From positions 992,001 to 1,056,000 of the forward strand of contig OZ251235.1 in assembly GCA_965240325.2 (NCBI GenBank): a DNA stretch of 64,000 nt, in the 5' to 3' direction. Below are positions 52,960 to 64,000 of the stretch, one piece after another. How positions within the stretch are numbered: position 1 is the first letter of the stretch; each line of letters starts with the position of its first letter. The notes below the pieces were generated by a model. That model saw nothing but the letters and a program-made list of their open reading frames with translations, was not told the DNA's origin and made no database searches. A program made the position numbers and the translations under genes. The stretch comes from Rebecca billardiae RCC1528 (Eukaryota; Protista; Haptophyta).

Positions 52960-54365
52960 GAGTTATTGGCACAATAACTGAGTGTCTAAGAGCGACACCA
53001 GTCACCAAGATCCGGCTCGCTTGGCATCATCAACCAGCTGTCCGGCCGGGGCGCCCGCCGCCCAGCGCGCGCAGTCCTGGTCGGACCCCTTTTCGGCAGC
53101 CAATCCGGTCGGCACCGGGCACCGCCTGCAGGACTTGCTCGGCGATTCCTGCTCCATCCGAGGCGACTCTTCTGGCCTCGGCGCGGCTCGGCCCAAGGTA
53201 CGGGGGCGCCATGACACAAGGCGCCGAGCCGAGCAGGGGGCCCACGACACCGCACGCTACGCTCTCCTCCGACCGCTCTTGTGAGCTCGGCACACAGGAG
53301 GTGTATACGCTGCTTTGGTAGTCCCCTCTGCTCGGTGAGGTTGCTGCTGTCAGCGCCTCCGCCCTGCAGCGCCGCACCGCAGCCGCGTCGTCGCTCGTCC
53401 GGCATCACATTCTCGTCCAGCAGCTCACGTGCTGCCGCGTCAGCTCCGCGGCGGCGGTTCACTGTTTGAGATATGCGCACGCCTCGCGCACGCGCGTCGC
53501 GCCATGTGCCGCACGCTCTCGCTCAACACGCGGCACACACCGCGCCACCGCGCGCGCGTGAACGCTACGCGCAGTCCCCAATATTTCTCTTCTTTTTAAC
53601 GGGATTCATCAACCACTACTTGGACGCCCGCTCTAACTTATAAACGGGACTCACGGGCGCCCTCTCGACCACGGGCAGCTGCGCCACCGCACTGCCCGCG
53701 CCCGTCGTTCGTTGGTAAAATCCCGACCTATGTAACATGATCGTGTCCCAATCATGATCATCATCGTGGACTGTCCCAAGACGCAGTTCACGCCACGACC
53801 ATCCAGCTCTCGGTCGTGCTCGACGCTTCGAGCGAGCAGGGCATGGCGGAGTGGTTAGACGTGGCGTTATTGGCACAATAACTGAGTGTCTAAGAGCGAC
53901 ACCAAGATCCGGCTCGCTTGGCATCATCAACCAGCTGTCCGGCCGGGGCGCCCGCCGCCCAGCGCGCGCAGTCCTGGTCGGACCCCTTTTCGGCAGCCAA
54001 TCCGGTCGGCACCGGGCACCGCCTGCAGGACTTGCTCGGCGATTCCTGCTCCATCCGAGGCGACTCTTCTGGCCTCGGCGCGGCTCGGCCCAAGGTACGG
54101 GGGCGCCATGACACAAGGCGCCGAGCCGAGCAGGGGGCCCACGACACCGCACGCTACGCTCTCCTCCGACCGCTCTTGTGAGCTCGGCACACAGGAGGTG
54201 TATACGCTGCTTTGGTAGTCCCCTCTGCTCGGTGAGGTTGCTGCTGTCAGCGCCTCCGCCCTGCAGCGCCGCACCGCAGCCGCGTCGTCGCTCGTCCGGC
54301 ATCACATTCTCGTCCAGCAGCTCACGTGCTGCCGCGTCAGCTCCGCGGCGGCGGTTCACTGTTTG
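52957..54365. repeat. Near-identical ~505-bp direct duplication (52957-53468 and 53861-54365)
   Basis: By eye the copies differ by one substitution near the start and a 7-nt insertion at 53001-53007; both begin with a GTTATTG-GCA-CAATAAC hairpin. Confidence 0.95.
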
Positions 54366-54404
54366 CCCACCCTCCCACCCTCAGTCTGGGATAACGGTGC
54401 TGTG

Positions 54405-54995
<591 letters not shown>

Positions 54996-55202
54996 CAGTG
55001 ACAGTCTGAGTCTCAGTCAGACACGAGAACGGAGCGGCCGCACGTTCCGCAGCTGGCGTCGGCGGGACTCGATCTCGGATCTGTGGGCTTGGGGCTCAGC
55101 GGCTGGGATGTGATTTACACGCGTCAGTGCGAGTGTGCACATGCCAGTATGAACGAACACCGTCGGCGGTCGCAGCCAGACGCTTGACAGCGTTACTAGA
55201 AC

Positions 55203-57515
55203 TTACAGCGGCTCAACGTCGCCGTCGGCTTCGGTTGACTCGGACGCTTCCCACTCAGCTGGAAACGTTTCCGTCATCGTCGCTGCATCGCACGTGACGG
55301 CGAATTGCTGCTGCAGCATCAGGCCGTCCGCGCTGTCCAGCTGCTGCTGCAGGAGCAGGCCGCCCGCGCTGTCGCGCCGCAGGCCGCCGGTCGCGACGCC
55401 GAGCGCCGCGGCGAGCGAGTCGGTGGCGATGGCGGCCTTTGTGCGTGGCGACTGCTTCGCCTCGCCCACGCCGCCGCCGCCAAAGCCGCCGCCAAACCTG
55501 CCACCCCCGTCGGCGTCGGGGGTGGCGAAGTCGAGGATCTCGGCGTCGTCGGTGCCGACGTTCTCGTCGGTGAAGCGCGCATACGCTCGCGCCGCGCTGT
55601 CGAATCCCGGCTCGGGCCGCGCGGCGGCGCCCTGCGCGCCCAGCCGGTGCGGGTTGGCCTCAGCTGTGTCAACGTGCCAGCGCGTCACGAGGCAGATGGC
55701 CACGAGGAGCGCGAGCGCCCAGATCGCCACCACGCCCCTGATGAAGAGCACGTCGATCTCGCTCGTGGACGCGCGCATGCGCTCGAGCGCGTCGTCGTAC
55801 GCCTCCCACCAGCTCCAGCCGAGCACGAGCGCGGCCATCGCCGAGTGCAGCAGCGCGCGCGCGCTCTCGGCTGCGGTGTCCTCGCACGCCCACGCGACCT
55901 CAGCGGGCAGCCAGACAAACGGCTGGCTGTGCACGTCGTTCTCGTCGAGCGTGGTGCGCGCGAGCAGGATGCCCGCGTCGAACTCGAACTCGAGCGTGGA
56001 GAAGCCGTCCACGTCGTCGGGCATGATGGCGAAGCCGCGCGTGGGCTTGGCCGCGAGCGCCGGCTTGACGGGGGTGGCGGCCGCCGCCTCGGCGGAGGCG
56101 CAGGCGGCCGGCGCCGGCGCCGGCGCGCCCGCCGCCGCCGCAGCGGCCGTTGCCACGAGGTCACCATGGCGCAGGTGGCGGACGGAGTCGTCCTCCGCGG
56201 TCGGTTCGATGGCGGGCGCCTCCTCGAACGTCACCGTGCGCCCACGCCGCGGCGACGTGCCCGGCTCGCCCTTGGCTTTGCTGGGCGAGCCCGCGACACT
56301 GAGCGCCGCCGACTCGCGCGCCCAGCGCGCCGATGCGGACGGACTGCGCGCACCCAGCTCGGGCGCGAGCGCGGGCGGCGCGTGCGGCGAGACGGCGAGG
56401 AGGACAAAGGCGCCGGGCGGCTCGCCGCGCAGCCGCGCCCTCGCCGCGCGGCTCGCCGCGCCCAGGTCGCGCGGCCGCACCTCCCACCGCCACTCGCTCT
56501 CGAGGAGCGGCGGCCAGACCGCGTGCGCGTGCGCGAGCACAAGGTCTGGGACCGTGTTGTAAAGCGCGCGCTCGACGGCGCGCACGCGGCGCGAGAGCTC
56601 CCACGCGAGGAGCACGCAGAGCAGCGTGGCCGCGGCGGCGGCGATCACGCGCGAGTGCGCCTCGCGCACCGCGTGGTGCACGTCGACGAGGAAGTACGCG
56701 AGCGCGAGCGCGGTCGAGTACCCCCACCCCCAGTCGTGCACGTGGGCCAGCGCGACCGCGGAGGGGGAGCAGAGCGCGAGGCGGCTCGCGCTGAGCAGCC
56801 GGCCGAGGAGGCGCTGCGCGAGCGCGGCGAGGCCGAACGTGGCGAGTGTGTACGCACCCGTCGCCCAGAGCAGGCACGCCTCGTCCGCGCCCACGTGCGC
56901 CTGCAGCTTCGCGTGGCACGCCGCGTTGAGCGCCCAGCCGACGCAGAGGCCAAACGCCTCGCGCTCGATGGCCCACATGCTGCCGTGCAGCGCGGCGCCG
57001 CGGCAGCAGTAGCGCAGCGCGTGCAGCCCGACGATGAGCACCGTCCCCGCGCCGAGCACGATGCCCGCGGTCGGGAAGTCCGCCTCCGACGCGCCCACGT
57101 TGTGCTCCGCGCCGGCGGTCGGCACGTGCGTCAGCAGCCCACCCACCTCCTCCGTCACGTCGCGGAACGACATGGCGACCATCTCGCCGAAGGAGAGGAC
57201 GATGAGCAGCGCGCCGCTCTCGTCGCCACGCCGCGATATCAGGTGCAGGAACAGCGCGGCGAGCGCGTAGCCCACGAGCGCGACGCCCACGGTGACGGCG
57301 ACGCGGAGCAGCTCGCGGTGCTGCAGCTCGTGCGGCAGCACGAGCTGCAGCACGTCGTGCAGGAGCTGCGAGCACGAGAACGCGATGAAGATGCCACCTG
57401 CGCGCATACCCATCAGCAGCAGCTCGCGCTGGAAGTAGCGCATCGACGATGAGGGCGAGTCCGCCCCCGCCACCAGCGTGAGCTGCGACACCGATAGCAG
57501 CTGCGAGGACGGCAT
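55203..57515 (-). CDS. Multi-pass membrane protein of unknown family (~770 aa), intronless
   Basis: About 8 hydrophobic helices, a long soluble insert, then 2 more helices and an acidic tail; Met 57515 chosen as start. Confidence 0.75.
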   Translation of the reverse strand: MPSSQLLSVSQLTLVAGADSPSSSMRYFQRELLLMGMRAGGIFIAFSCSQLLHDVLQLVLPHELQHRELLRVAVTVGVALVGYALAALFLHLISRRGDESGALLIVLSFGEMVAMSFRDVTEEVGGLLTHVPTAGAEHNVGASEADFPTAGIVLGAGTVLIVGLHALRYCCRGAALHGSMWAIEREAFGLCVGWALNAACHAKLQAHVGADEACLLWATGAYTLATFGLAALAQRLLGRLLSASRLALCSPSAVALAHVHDWGWGYSTALALAYFLVDVHHAVREAHSRVIAAAAATLLCVLLAWELSRRVRAVERALYNTVPDLVLAHAHAVWPPLLESEWRWEVRPRDLGAASRAARARLRGEPPGAFVLLAVSPHAPPALAPELGARSPSASARWARESAALSVAGSPSKAKGEPGTSPRRGRTVTFEEAPAIEPTAEDDSVRHLRHGDLVATAAAAAAGAPAPAPAACASAEAAAATPVKPALAAKPTRGFAIMPDDVDGFSTLEFEFDAGILLARTTLDENDVHSQPFVWLPAEVAWACEDTAAESARALLHSAMAALVLGWSWWEAYDDALERMRASTSEIDVLFIRGVVAIWALALLVAICLVTRWHVDTAEANPHRLGAQGAAARPEPGFDSAARAYARFTDENVGTDDAEILDFATPDADGGGRFGGGFGGGGVGEAKQSPRTKAAIATDSLAAALGVATGGLRRDSAGGLLLQQQLDSADGLMLQQQFAVTCDAATMTETFPAEWEASESTEADGDVEPL

Positions 57516-57782
57516 CGTCTTGCGCCGATGATGCTGTGACTGAAAAGATCGTGTCGTATCCGCAGCGTGGACAGCTCCCCTGCCATCACGCATTCGAACT
57601 CCGGGCCCACCCACCGGAACGGCGCTGACTTTTGAAAGTCGCACATACAAAATCAAGTGAGTAAGGTACCCCACCGACCGGATTCTTCGCCCTTCGTCCG
57701 GGTGAAGCAGCGCTCGCGGACGATGGCGGCGCGGCATTGCTGATTCACGGCGGAAGCTGGCTTTTAAAACAGTGTGGAGCGC

Positions 57783-58421
57783 ATGGCCGAACTTCAGCTG
57801 CCGACACCCTCGTCAAGGATTGGAAGATCTGCCTCCGAGCCTGAGCGGCCGAGGACCGCGCCGCCATTCGGCCGGCGCACCGCCGCGCACGATCCGGGCG
57901 CGCAGGCACCCGCCCAGCGCGTCGGCTTCGAGCCCTCGCGCCGCGTGCGACTGCCGCGTGACCGATGGAAGCGGACGCGTCGCACGTTCTACGCGCTGAT
58001 CATCGCTTCGCTCTTCGCGATGCTGACCAGCGTCGACCAGCTGCACTGGCGCGAGCGCGCGATCGCACAGCAGCAGCGACAGATTGACGAGCGCGTGCAG
58101 GAGTCGCAGCGCTGGCTCTCGCGCATGGTCGCGGTCGAGACCGTGCTGCTCGCCGTGAATGGGTACGGGATCTACCGCGGCTTCCGCTTCGCGATGCTGC
58201 TCAAGCGCATCCGCTTCCGCGTGTGGGTCGACTCCATCCGCGCACAGCTCCCCTTTGTGCGCGGCGTTGGCCGCGTTGTGCGCGCGACCGACCGCGCTGT
58301 GCGCGCTCTCGGCTGGCCGGTGCGCGCGCCGATGCGGCGCCTCAGGGAGGCGCGCTGCCGTCGCGCTGCGCTCAAGGCGGCAGAACTGGCGCGGGTGCGG
58401 GCGCCAAGACCGGGCAGATGA
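57783..58421 (+). CDS. Hypothetical membrane protein (212 aa)
   Basis: Two hydrophobic segments (FYALIIASLFAML; MVAVETVLLAVNGYGIY) flanking a Gln-rich coiled coil; head-to-head with the 57515 gene. Confidence 0.65.
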   Translation: MAELQLPTPSSRIGRSASEPERPRTAPPFGRRTAAHDPGAQAPAQRVGFEPSRRVRLPRDRWKRTRRTFYALIIASLFAMLTSVDQLHWRERAIAQQQRQIDERVQESQRWLSRMVAVETVLLAVNGYGIYRGFRFAMLLKRIRFRVWVDSIRAQLPFVRGVGRVVRATDRAVRALGWPVRAPMRRLREARCRRAALKAAELARVRAPRPGR

Positions 58422-59340
58422 CGCACGCGCTGGTCCGTTCGAAGTGCGGTGCCGGTGGGCTGTGGGCCGCCGAGTGCCGGCGGAGTGGACTCGGGTCCCG
58501 CCGGGATCCTAGTCCTACGGATGCACGGCTGCCGCTGGGGCAGCTCGCACGAGTCGCTGCCGCCGACGGCCAAGCCGATGCGCGCGTGGCACGCAGCGCC
58601 GCGTTTGCGATTCCAGTGCAGCGGCCTCGCCGGGCGGCACCTGGGGACATCTGCCAGGCTCTGCCGCTCCGCCGTACCGCGAGCTAACAGCCTGGCCCGC
58701 TGCGCACTTAAACTTGGCTCGATCCTCACGAACGACGACTGCCGTCCTACCACCCGTCCCAGCCCCCTACATCAAGGCTCCCTGGTATTGAAAAATACCC
58801 GCAGCTATTCGTTACCAGCCCATTTCATAGTCACTGAGCTCATGACCGTCCATGCGGACGGTCTCATGAGCCCGCTGAGCCGAAGACGGGCTCACCAGCA
58901 CGGGCTTTCTGGGACGGGTGGCGGTACGGTCAGCTCCTTTTCTCATCAGGCCATGAGGCCATAATCATATTCAGACGGATACTCTTGTACAGATGTACAG
59001 TGTACCATGTACAAATAGTCAGTGGAAGCACGATGATTTAATGCCACCCCCCTCCGAATCGATCCCGCCGGCTCGAGCCGCCTATTAGCTCGACAAGGGG
59101 CTTCATCAGCTCAAACAATCACCTCGATTGGGCTATATCCAAGTACCCGCGACGTACCGCGTGCGTCAAACTCCCTTCTAGTCGCGTCAACAGTCCGTCA
59201 ATCATTCGGCTATCACGGGTAACGGCGTCTCCAATCAGTGTATCGACGAACGTTGTGTGCGAAGCTCGAGCAGTCACGCCCTTTCCACAAGCGCGGGCGC
59301 CGAGCGACCGGAGCGCTCAACATCCATCTCTCTCGGCGGG

Positions 59341-60935
59341 ATGTCGCCGACAGGCATTTCTACCGCTTGCATCGGCCAGCCGCTCCTCGTCTCTTTGAAT
59401 CCGTGCGCGCGGCGCCTTGCCCACTCGCTGCACCAGTCGAGACGCCGCGCAACCCCTCTGCACGGGCTGCGGCCTCCATGCTGACGCGCGTGACCGCGGC
59501 CTCCCCCTCCTGCCCACCCCAGGCTGTATGTTGGCCTTGGCTTCCTGAATTCGTACGCAGGCACGTTCGTGGCTCTGACGACCACGACGTACGCTTTCTA
59601 CGACGTCCTCAAGCACCCCAGCTTCCGCCCGTGGTTCCGCACTTACATTGTGCTCGCGGGCGTTTCGATCGGCGGCGCGGCGCTGTGGGCGATGCACTTT
59701 GTTGCCCTCGCCGGCCTGCGTCTCACGACGTGTGACGGTGCGGCGCGGGTGGAGGTGACAGAGCACAACCTTGGGCTGACGCTGGTCGCCGTTGTTGCGA
59801 TCGCCACGGCAGGCGCCGTCTCCATGTATCTCGTGCTGCCCACGGCGAGTGACGCGCTCGGCGAGAACGCCGCCACGCGCACGGCTTCGGCCGCTTCGGC
59901 CGCTTCGACCGCGGAGGCGCCGGCATCCGCAGATCCGGCTGCGCTGGAGGCGGGAGCCGCGAAGGTGCCAACGCCAAAACAGGCTGCCATCACGAAGGCG
60001 AAGCAGTACACCGACCCGCCGGTCAAGACCGTCCGGCACGGGAGCATCATGGTCATCATGAACGGCGTCGAGCACCAGCGGCGCAAAGCGCGCGATGCGA
60101 AAGCCGGTCGCACTGCAGCGCAGGACGACGCGGCGCTGAGGCGGCGCGAGACGGTCGGCCTGGACGGCCGCCCAGCACGCCGGATGTCCACGCTCGAGGG
60201 CATGGACTACTGGCGGCTCAGGATGCCGCCGTGGACGGCCTGCCTCTTCTCCCGAGGCGACTCCATCTCCATCGCCAAGTTCAGCATGCGTGGCCTCGTG
60301 CTGGGCACGCTGCTCATGGTAGCTGCCAGCTGCGGCGTGCACTACATGGTGCGCGCGCGGGACCCGCCGAGCGCGCGGCGTGCCCTTCCCGCGCTCAGCC
60401 CCGCGCGCCGCCCCGGCCCGCCGTGCGCGCAGGAGATGATTGGCATGCATGGCGCGTTTGTGCTCGAGTACAGTGTGGGCCTGGTGGTGGCGGCGGCGGT
60501 CGTCACGGCGGTGGCGTCGGTGGTGCTGCTCTTCAGCGTGGTGCAGGTGGCGTACATGAGCGACTCGTCGATGGCGTTCGTGTCGCGCGCGGTCGCGTCC
60601 CTGTTCATTAGCGTCACCTTCAACGCCGCGCACTAGTGCGCGCTCGCGCCCGCCCCGCCCGCCTGCGCGCCGGGCGTCGCCCGCCAGGCCGCGCGCTGAC
60701 CGCCGCCGCCGCCGCGCCACGACGCCCGCAACCCGCTTGCCGCAGCGCCGGCCTGTACTCGGTCAAATTCATGTACACCGGCGACGTGGATCGCAACATC
60801 TCCCACGAGCTCGGGCTCGCCGTCGAAGTAGACGCAGTTGTCGTCTGCCTCGTCGCGTTCAGCTTCAACGTCTCGCAGCTGCTGTGGATCTTCTCGTTCC
60901 TGCAGGGGCTCGCGGCGCCGCTGCGCTCGACGTGA
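59341..60935 (+). CDS. MHYT-domain integral membrane sensor; exons 59341-59402, 59523-60348, 60433-60635, 60746-60935; 426 aa
   Basis: Three MHYT-type motifs after splicing: GGAALWAMHFVAL, GVHYM|EMIGM, NAAHY|AGL; N-terminal LNPLYVGLGFLNSYAGTFVAL; three GTGCGC..AG introns give 1281 nt. Confidence 0.85.
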
Positions 60936-61689
60936 GCGCGGCGCGTGAGGCGCGGTTGGCGAGCGCGAGCCAGTGCGCAGGGTGAACTCGCGGGTGACTC
61001 ACATGCGACGCACGAGACTCGAGTGTGGGTCACGACGCATTTTTTGGTATTGGGAGGGCGGCGCTGCCGCATTCTGAGTATTTCTGACGACGTGGGCCGG
61101 TGGCGGCTCTGACGACGACGTGAGACTGTCGAGGACTGTGCCCTGTGAGGACTGAGGTTGTGGGCCTGGCGTATCCTCATACATTTGTCAATTACATCAG
61201 AGTAATGTCGTCAGACTCTCAGTGACTCGGTCTGACGAGATGCCACCGCTAGCTGACCTGAGTCGCCGGCCGGAGTACTATTAAATTAATAAATAATTTA
61301 TGATTCAGCCCCAGAGCAGATGGCTATGAAGTATGATAATGGAATGGCCTGGTGTGTGAAACTTGGCCGGCGGTCTGTTGCTCACCGCGCCGGGATTATC
61401 ACCGAGTCGAGTCAGCCAGCACTCAACAGTCTAGCACTACGTCTATACTGTCTAATGGCTAACTAGTGTCTGATGAGTGATGTCTCACGGCGCGCACAAG
61501 TGCGGTGAATGGTGATGCGGCCGGATGCGCTGCACTGTTTGTGACCGGCAATAAATCCGGAAACGCCAGCACTGCTCGAAAAATCGGGACGAAATGGTTG
61601 GCCCGCAGCGCCCGCTGCTCAGTGCTCACTCACGTGCGCTGCGGTCGAGGGAGCAGACGTTAGCGCCCGCGGTCAAGCGCTGCGGCGGC

Positions 61690-62999
61690 ATGGTGGCGTC
61701 GGGGGCAAAGGACATCTTCCAACTGATCGACGAGCAGCAGGCTGCCGAGACGGCCGCAGGCCTGCGCGAGTTCATCGACAAGCGCAATTCTGAGTCGGAG
61801 GTGATTGTCGTCGGCGCCAAGCAGTGCGGGAAGTCGTCGCTGATTCTCAACTTCGTGGGCAAAGCGGATGCGCCCAAGCCCACGACCGCGCTCGAGTACA
61901 AGTTCGCTCGGTACTCGCCCAAGGAGGGCAACGTGCAGATCACCGCCAACATCTGGGAGCTCGCTGGTGACACGCAGCTCGCCCAGCTGCTCGACATCGT
62001 GCTTGTGCCGGCGAAGCTCGCGCGCTCGCAGGTGGTGATCGTCGCAGACCTGTCCACGCCAGAGGAGGTCGTGCGCACAGTGCGCTACTGGCTCGATGCC
62101 GTGCGCGCGCGCGTCGAGGTGTGCACGCGCGAGCTGCGCAAGACGGAGGAGGGCCAGGCCGCGCTGCGCGCGCTCGAGGAGGCCGGCGTGCCGCAGAGTG
62201 ACGGCGTGCGGCCCATCGGCATCCCGGTGATCATCGCGGGCAACAAATGGGACCTCTTCGAGTCGCAGTCGCAGGCGTCGACAGAGACGCTGCAGGTCAT
62301 GGCCAAGACGCTGAGATATGTTGCGTACGCGAACGGCGTGTCGCTCGTGTACACGCGTGAGCGCGACAAGGTGCTGTGCGGCGCGCGGTCGTCGTGCCGC
62401 GCCCGCCGCGTCCTGTGCGCATCCGAGCCGACGACATGCGGCGCTCTCGCGCGCTCCGCCGCCCACGCCCGCAGGCACTTGTGGGCGCCCTCAAGCGGCT
62501 CATCTCCCAGTACGCCTTCGGCGCGGAGCCCGTGCAGACCTTCCAGACCGAGTACACGAAGGCAATGGTCGTGCCGGCCGGGAAGGACTCGCTCACGTCG
62601 ATCGGGTTCCCAGAGGGGATGCAGGGAGTCACAGACCACGAGAGGCTGTTCGACGCGTGGAACCGCATGTTCCAGGTGGGCGGCGCGGCGTGCGCCGGGG
62701 CGCACCAACCCATGCGCCGACGTGCCCTGGCGCTCGGCTGTGCTCACGCCTTCCGTGCGCGCTGCCCTCGCCTCCGCCACGCCACGCAGGGCTTGTTCGG
62801 CCCACCGTCGGAGCAGCGTTCCGACAAGCGCGACAAGAAGCACGTCGTCGACTCCGAGGCGTATGCCGAGGAGGCGGTCGACGCGATGCGCGCGCAGAAG
62901 CTCAAGGAGCAGACACAACGAGCATCCCGCCTCAAGGCAGAGGCTGCCGCCGCGGCTGCGGGCATGGCGGGCGGAGCGGCGACCAACTTCAGGACCTGA
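61690..62999 (+). CDS. DYNC2LI1: Cytoplasmic dynein-2 light intermediate chain (retrograde IFT); exons 61690-62370, 62475-62675, 62790-62999; 363 aa
   Basis: VVGAKQCGKSSLI, PKPTTALEYKFAR, NIWELAG, VADLSTP, AGNKWDLF, VPAGKDSLTSIG, YAEEAVDAMRAQK. Confidence 0.92.
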
Positions 63000-63412
63000 C
63001 GGACATCCATGATCCAACGCCCGAATCCCGATCATCCAACCTGCCGAAATGCGGGACTCTCGCTCACGGACCAGCGTTCAACTCGACGGTTCGAATTACT
63101 AATTAGCGGCACTCGATCATCTGGTACATATATATGCACAGTCTCACTCTATCTGACTCATGGAGGCCGGGCAAGTGTGACTCAGACTCACAGTCGATCA
63201 CGGTCTGACTCTGACGTCGACACTCGGTGCGGATGACTTATCGGAGTGACGGACGGCGCGTCTGCAGCCAGCAGTCTCGCCTCTCGCCCTAATCTCGCGC
63301 CCGCCTCTCGGCGGAAGCCTGGTTAGGCGGTTTTTGTCTGGGATCCGACGGTGATCATCACCGACACGTACCGATCTGGACGATGATCAGCATCATCACG
63401 CGGCATTATTCA

Positions 63413-63414
<2 letters not shown>

Positions 63415-63481
<67 letters not shown>
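63415..63481. repeat. (AT)n microsatellite
   Basis: Direct reading. Confidence 0.98.
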
Positions 63482-63483
<2 letters not shown>

Positions 63484-63761
63484 ATCACGCGCGCCCAATA
63501 ATTTAATGCGCCTATACGAATTAATCTGCCCGCGCCCAATAATTCCAATTTTAATAAATAACGCCTCAGCAATATGACTATTGTTAAGTCTAGTAAGACT
63601 GTACAGCAGCGGCGCCTGCGGCCACTTGGCACTTCACCGAGTTGGGCTGTTGGCACGCCGGGCCACTCGGCAGTCGCCAGTCGGCTCAGCGCAGCCCGCC
63701 CACGGCCACGCGGCTGACCGGCCGCTGACGGCAGTCGGTCGCGGGTCGTAGTACAACTAAT

Positions 63762-63845
63762 GGCCCGCGGTGCAGGGCGGAGCGCGCAGCGAGGAGCCCG
63801 CAGCGCGGGCCCTAACTTACGGGCCTAACCACGTTTCAAAAACGA
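63762..63845. mobile_element. Terminus of a third GGCCCGCGGTGC-TIR family element, inverted; may extend past the window
   Basis: AT|GGCCCGCGGTGCAGGGCGGAGCGCGCAGCG.GGAGCCCGCA..ACGTTTCAAAAA matches the reverse complement of ~535-605. Confidence 0.75.
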
Positions 63846-64000
63846 GCACGAGGAGACCGAACTCCGAACTTGGACACGCCACGTGGCACCGACGCCGGCG
63901 GGGCCTTCCGGCCCTCCGGCCCGGTGGTCCGTCGCGCGCCACGCACGCCGCCTGAGGTGACCTCAGTGCTCCTTCAAGTGCCTCGAGCGCGGGTTCGGGC

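Noticed and set aside
52823-53008. YIYIYI-containing ORFs here and at 54363-54995 and 63396-63656; SLSLSL/RERERE ORFs at 37618-37849
   Set aside because: Translations of (AT)n and (CT)n microsatellites.
53400-53460. Nudix-box-like DAAARELLDE in the duplicated block
   Set aside because: Only a partial motif, without the upstream Gly/Glu spacing or a supporting domain.

Overview
Eukaryotic nuclear DNA with very GC-rich genes, most consistent with a flagellated alga carrying a secondary plastid (haptophyte-like, possibly Pavlovales; this is inference). Support: short GT(GCG)...(CGC)AG introns, cytosolic RPS13, a dynein-2 light intermediate chain, and signal-peptide-bearing plastid-type sigma factor and TsaE. 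About 20 compact protein-coding genes, often head-to-head, alternate with nests of small transposable elements. Recognisable genes: NOL7-like, RPS13, sigma-70 factor, mL50-like, TsaE, F-box/RCC1, 2OG-Fe(II) oxygenase, PARP-type zinc-finger protein, Tox-ART-HYD1-type ADP-ribosyltransferase, TBC Rab-GAP, Mpv17/PMP22, 4-OT-like tautomerase, MHYT membrane sensor, DYNC2LI1. Most unusual signals: (1) intergenic repeat DNA peppered with 'short duplication + AC(T)/(A)GT' micro-insertion scars, one seen directly by comparing two copies of a duplication; (2) a 2217-aa intronless surface/receptor-like protein with prokaryote-like domains, bracketed by a 50-bp inverted repeat that is the 3' end of a tRNA-headed SINE-like element; (3) a toxin-type ART and a SHOCT/zf-PARP protein in the same TE-rich island; (4) a secreted protein with four copies of an unrecognised 10-Cys module; (5) introns whose two ends are complementary. 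All family calls come from motif recognition by eye; no searches were run.
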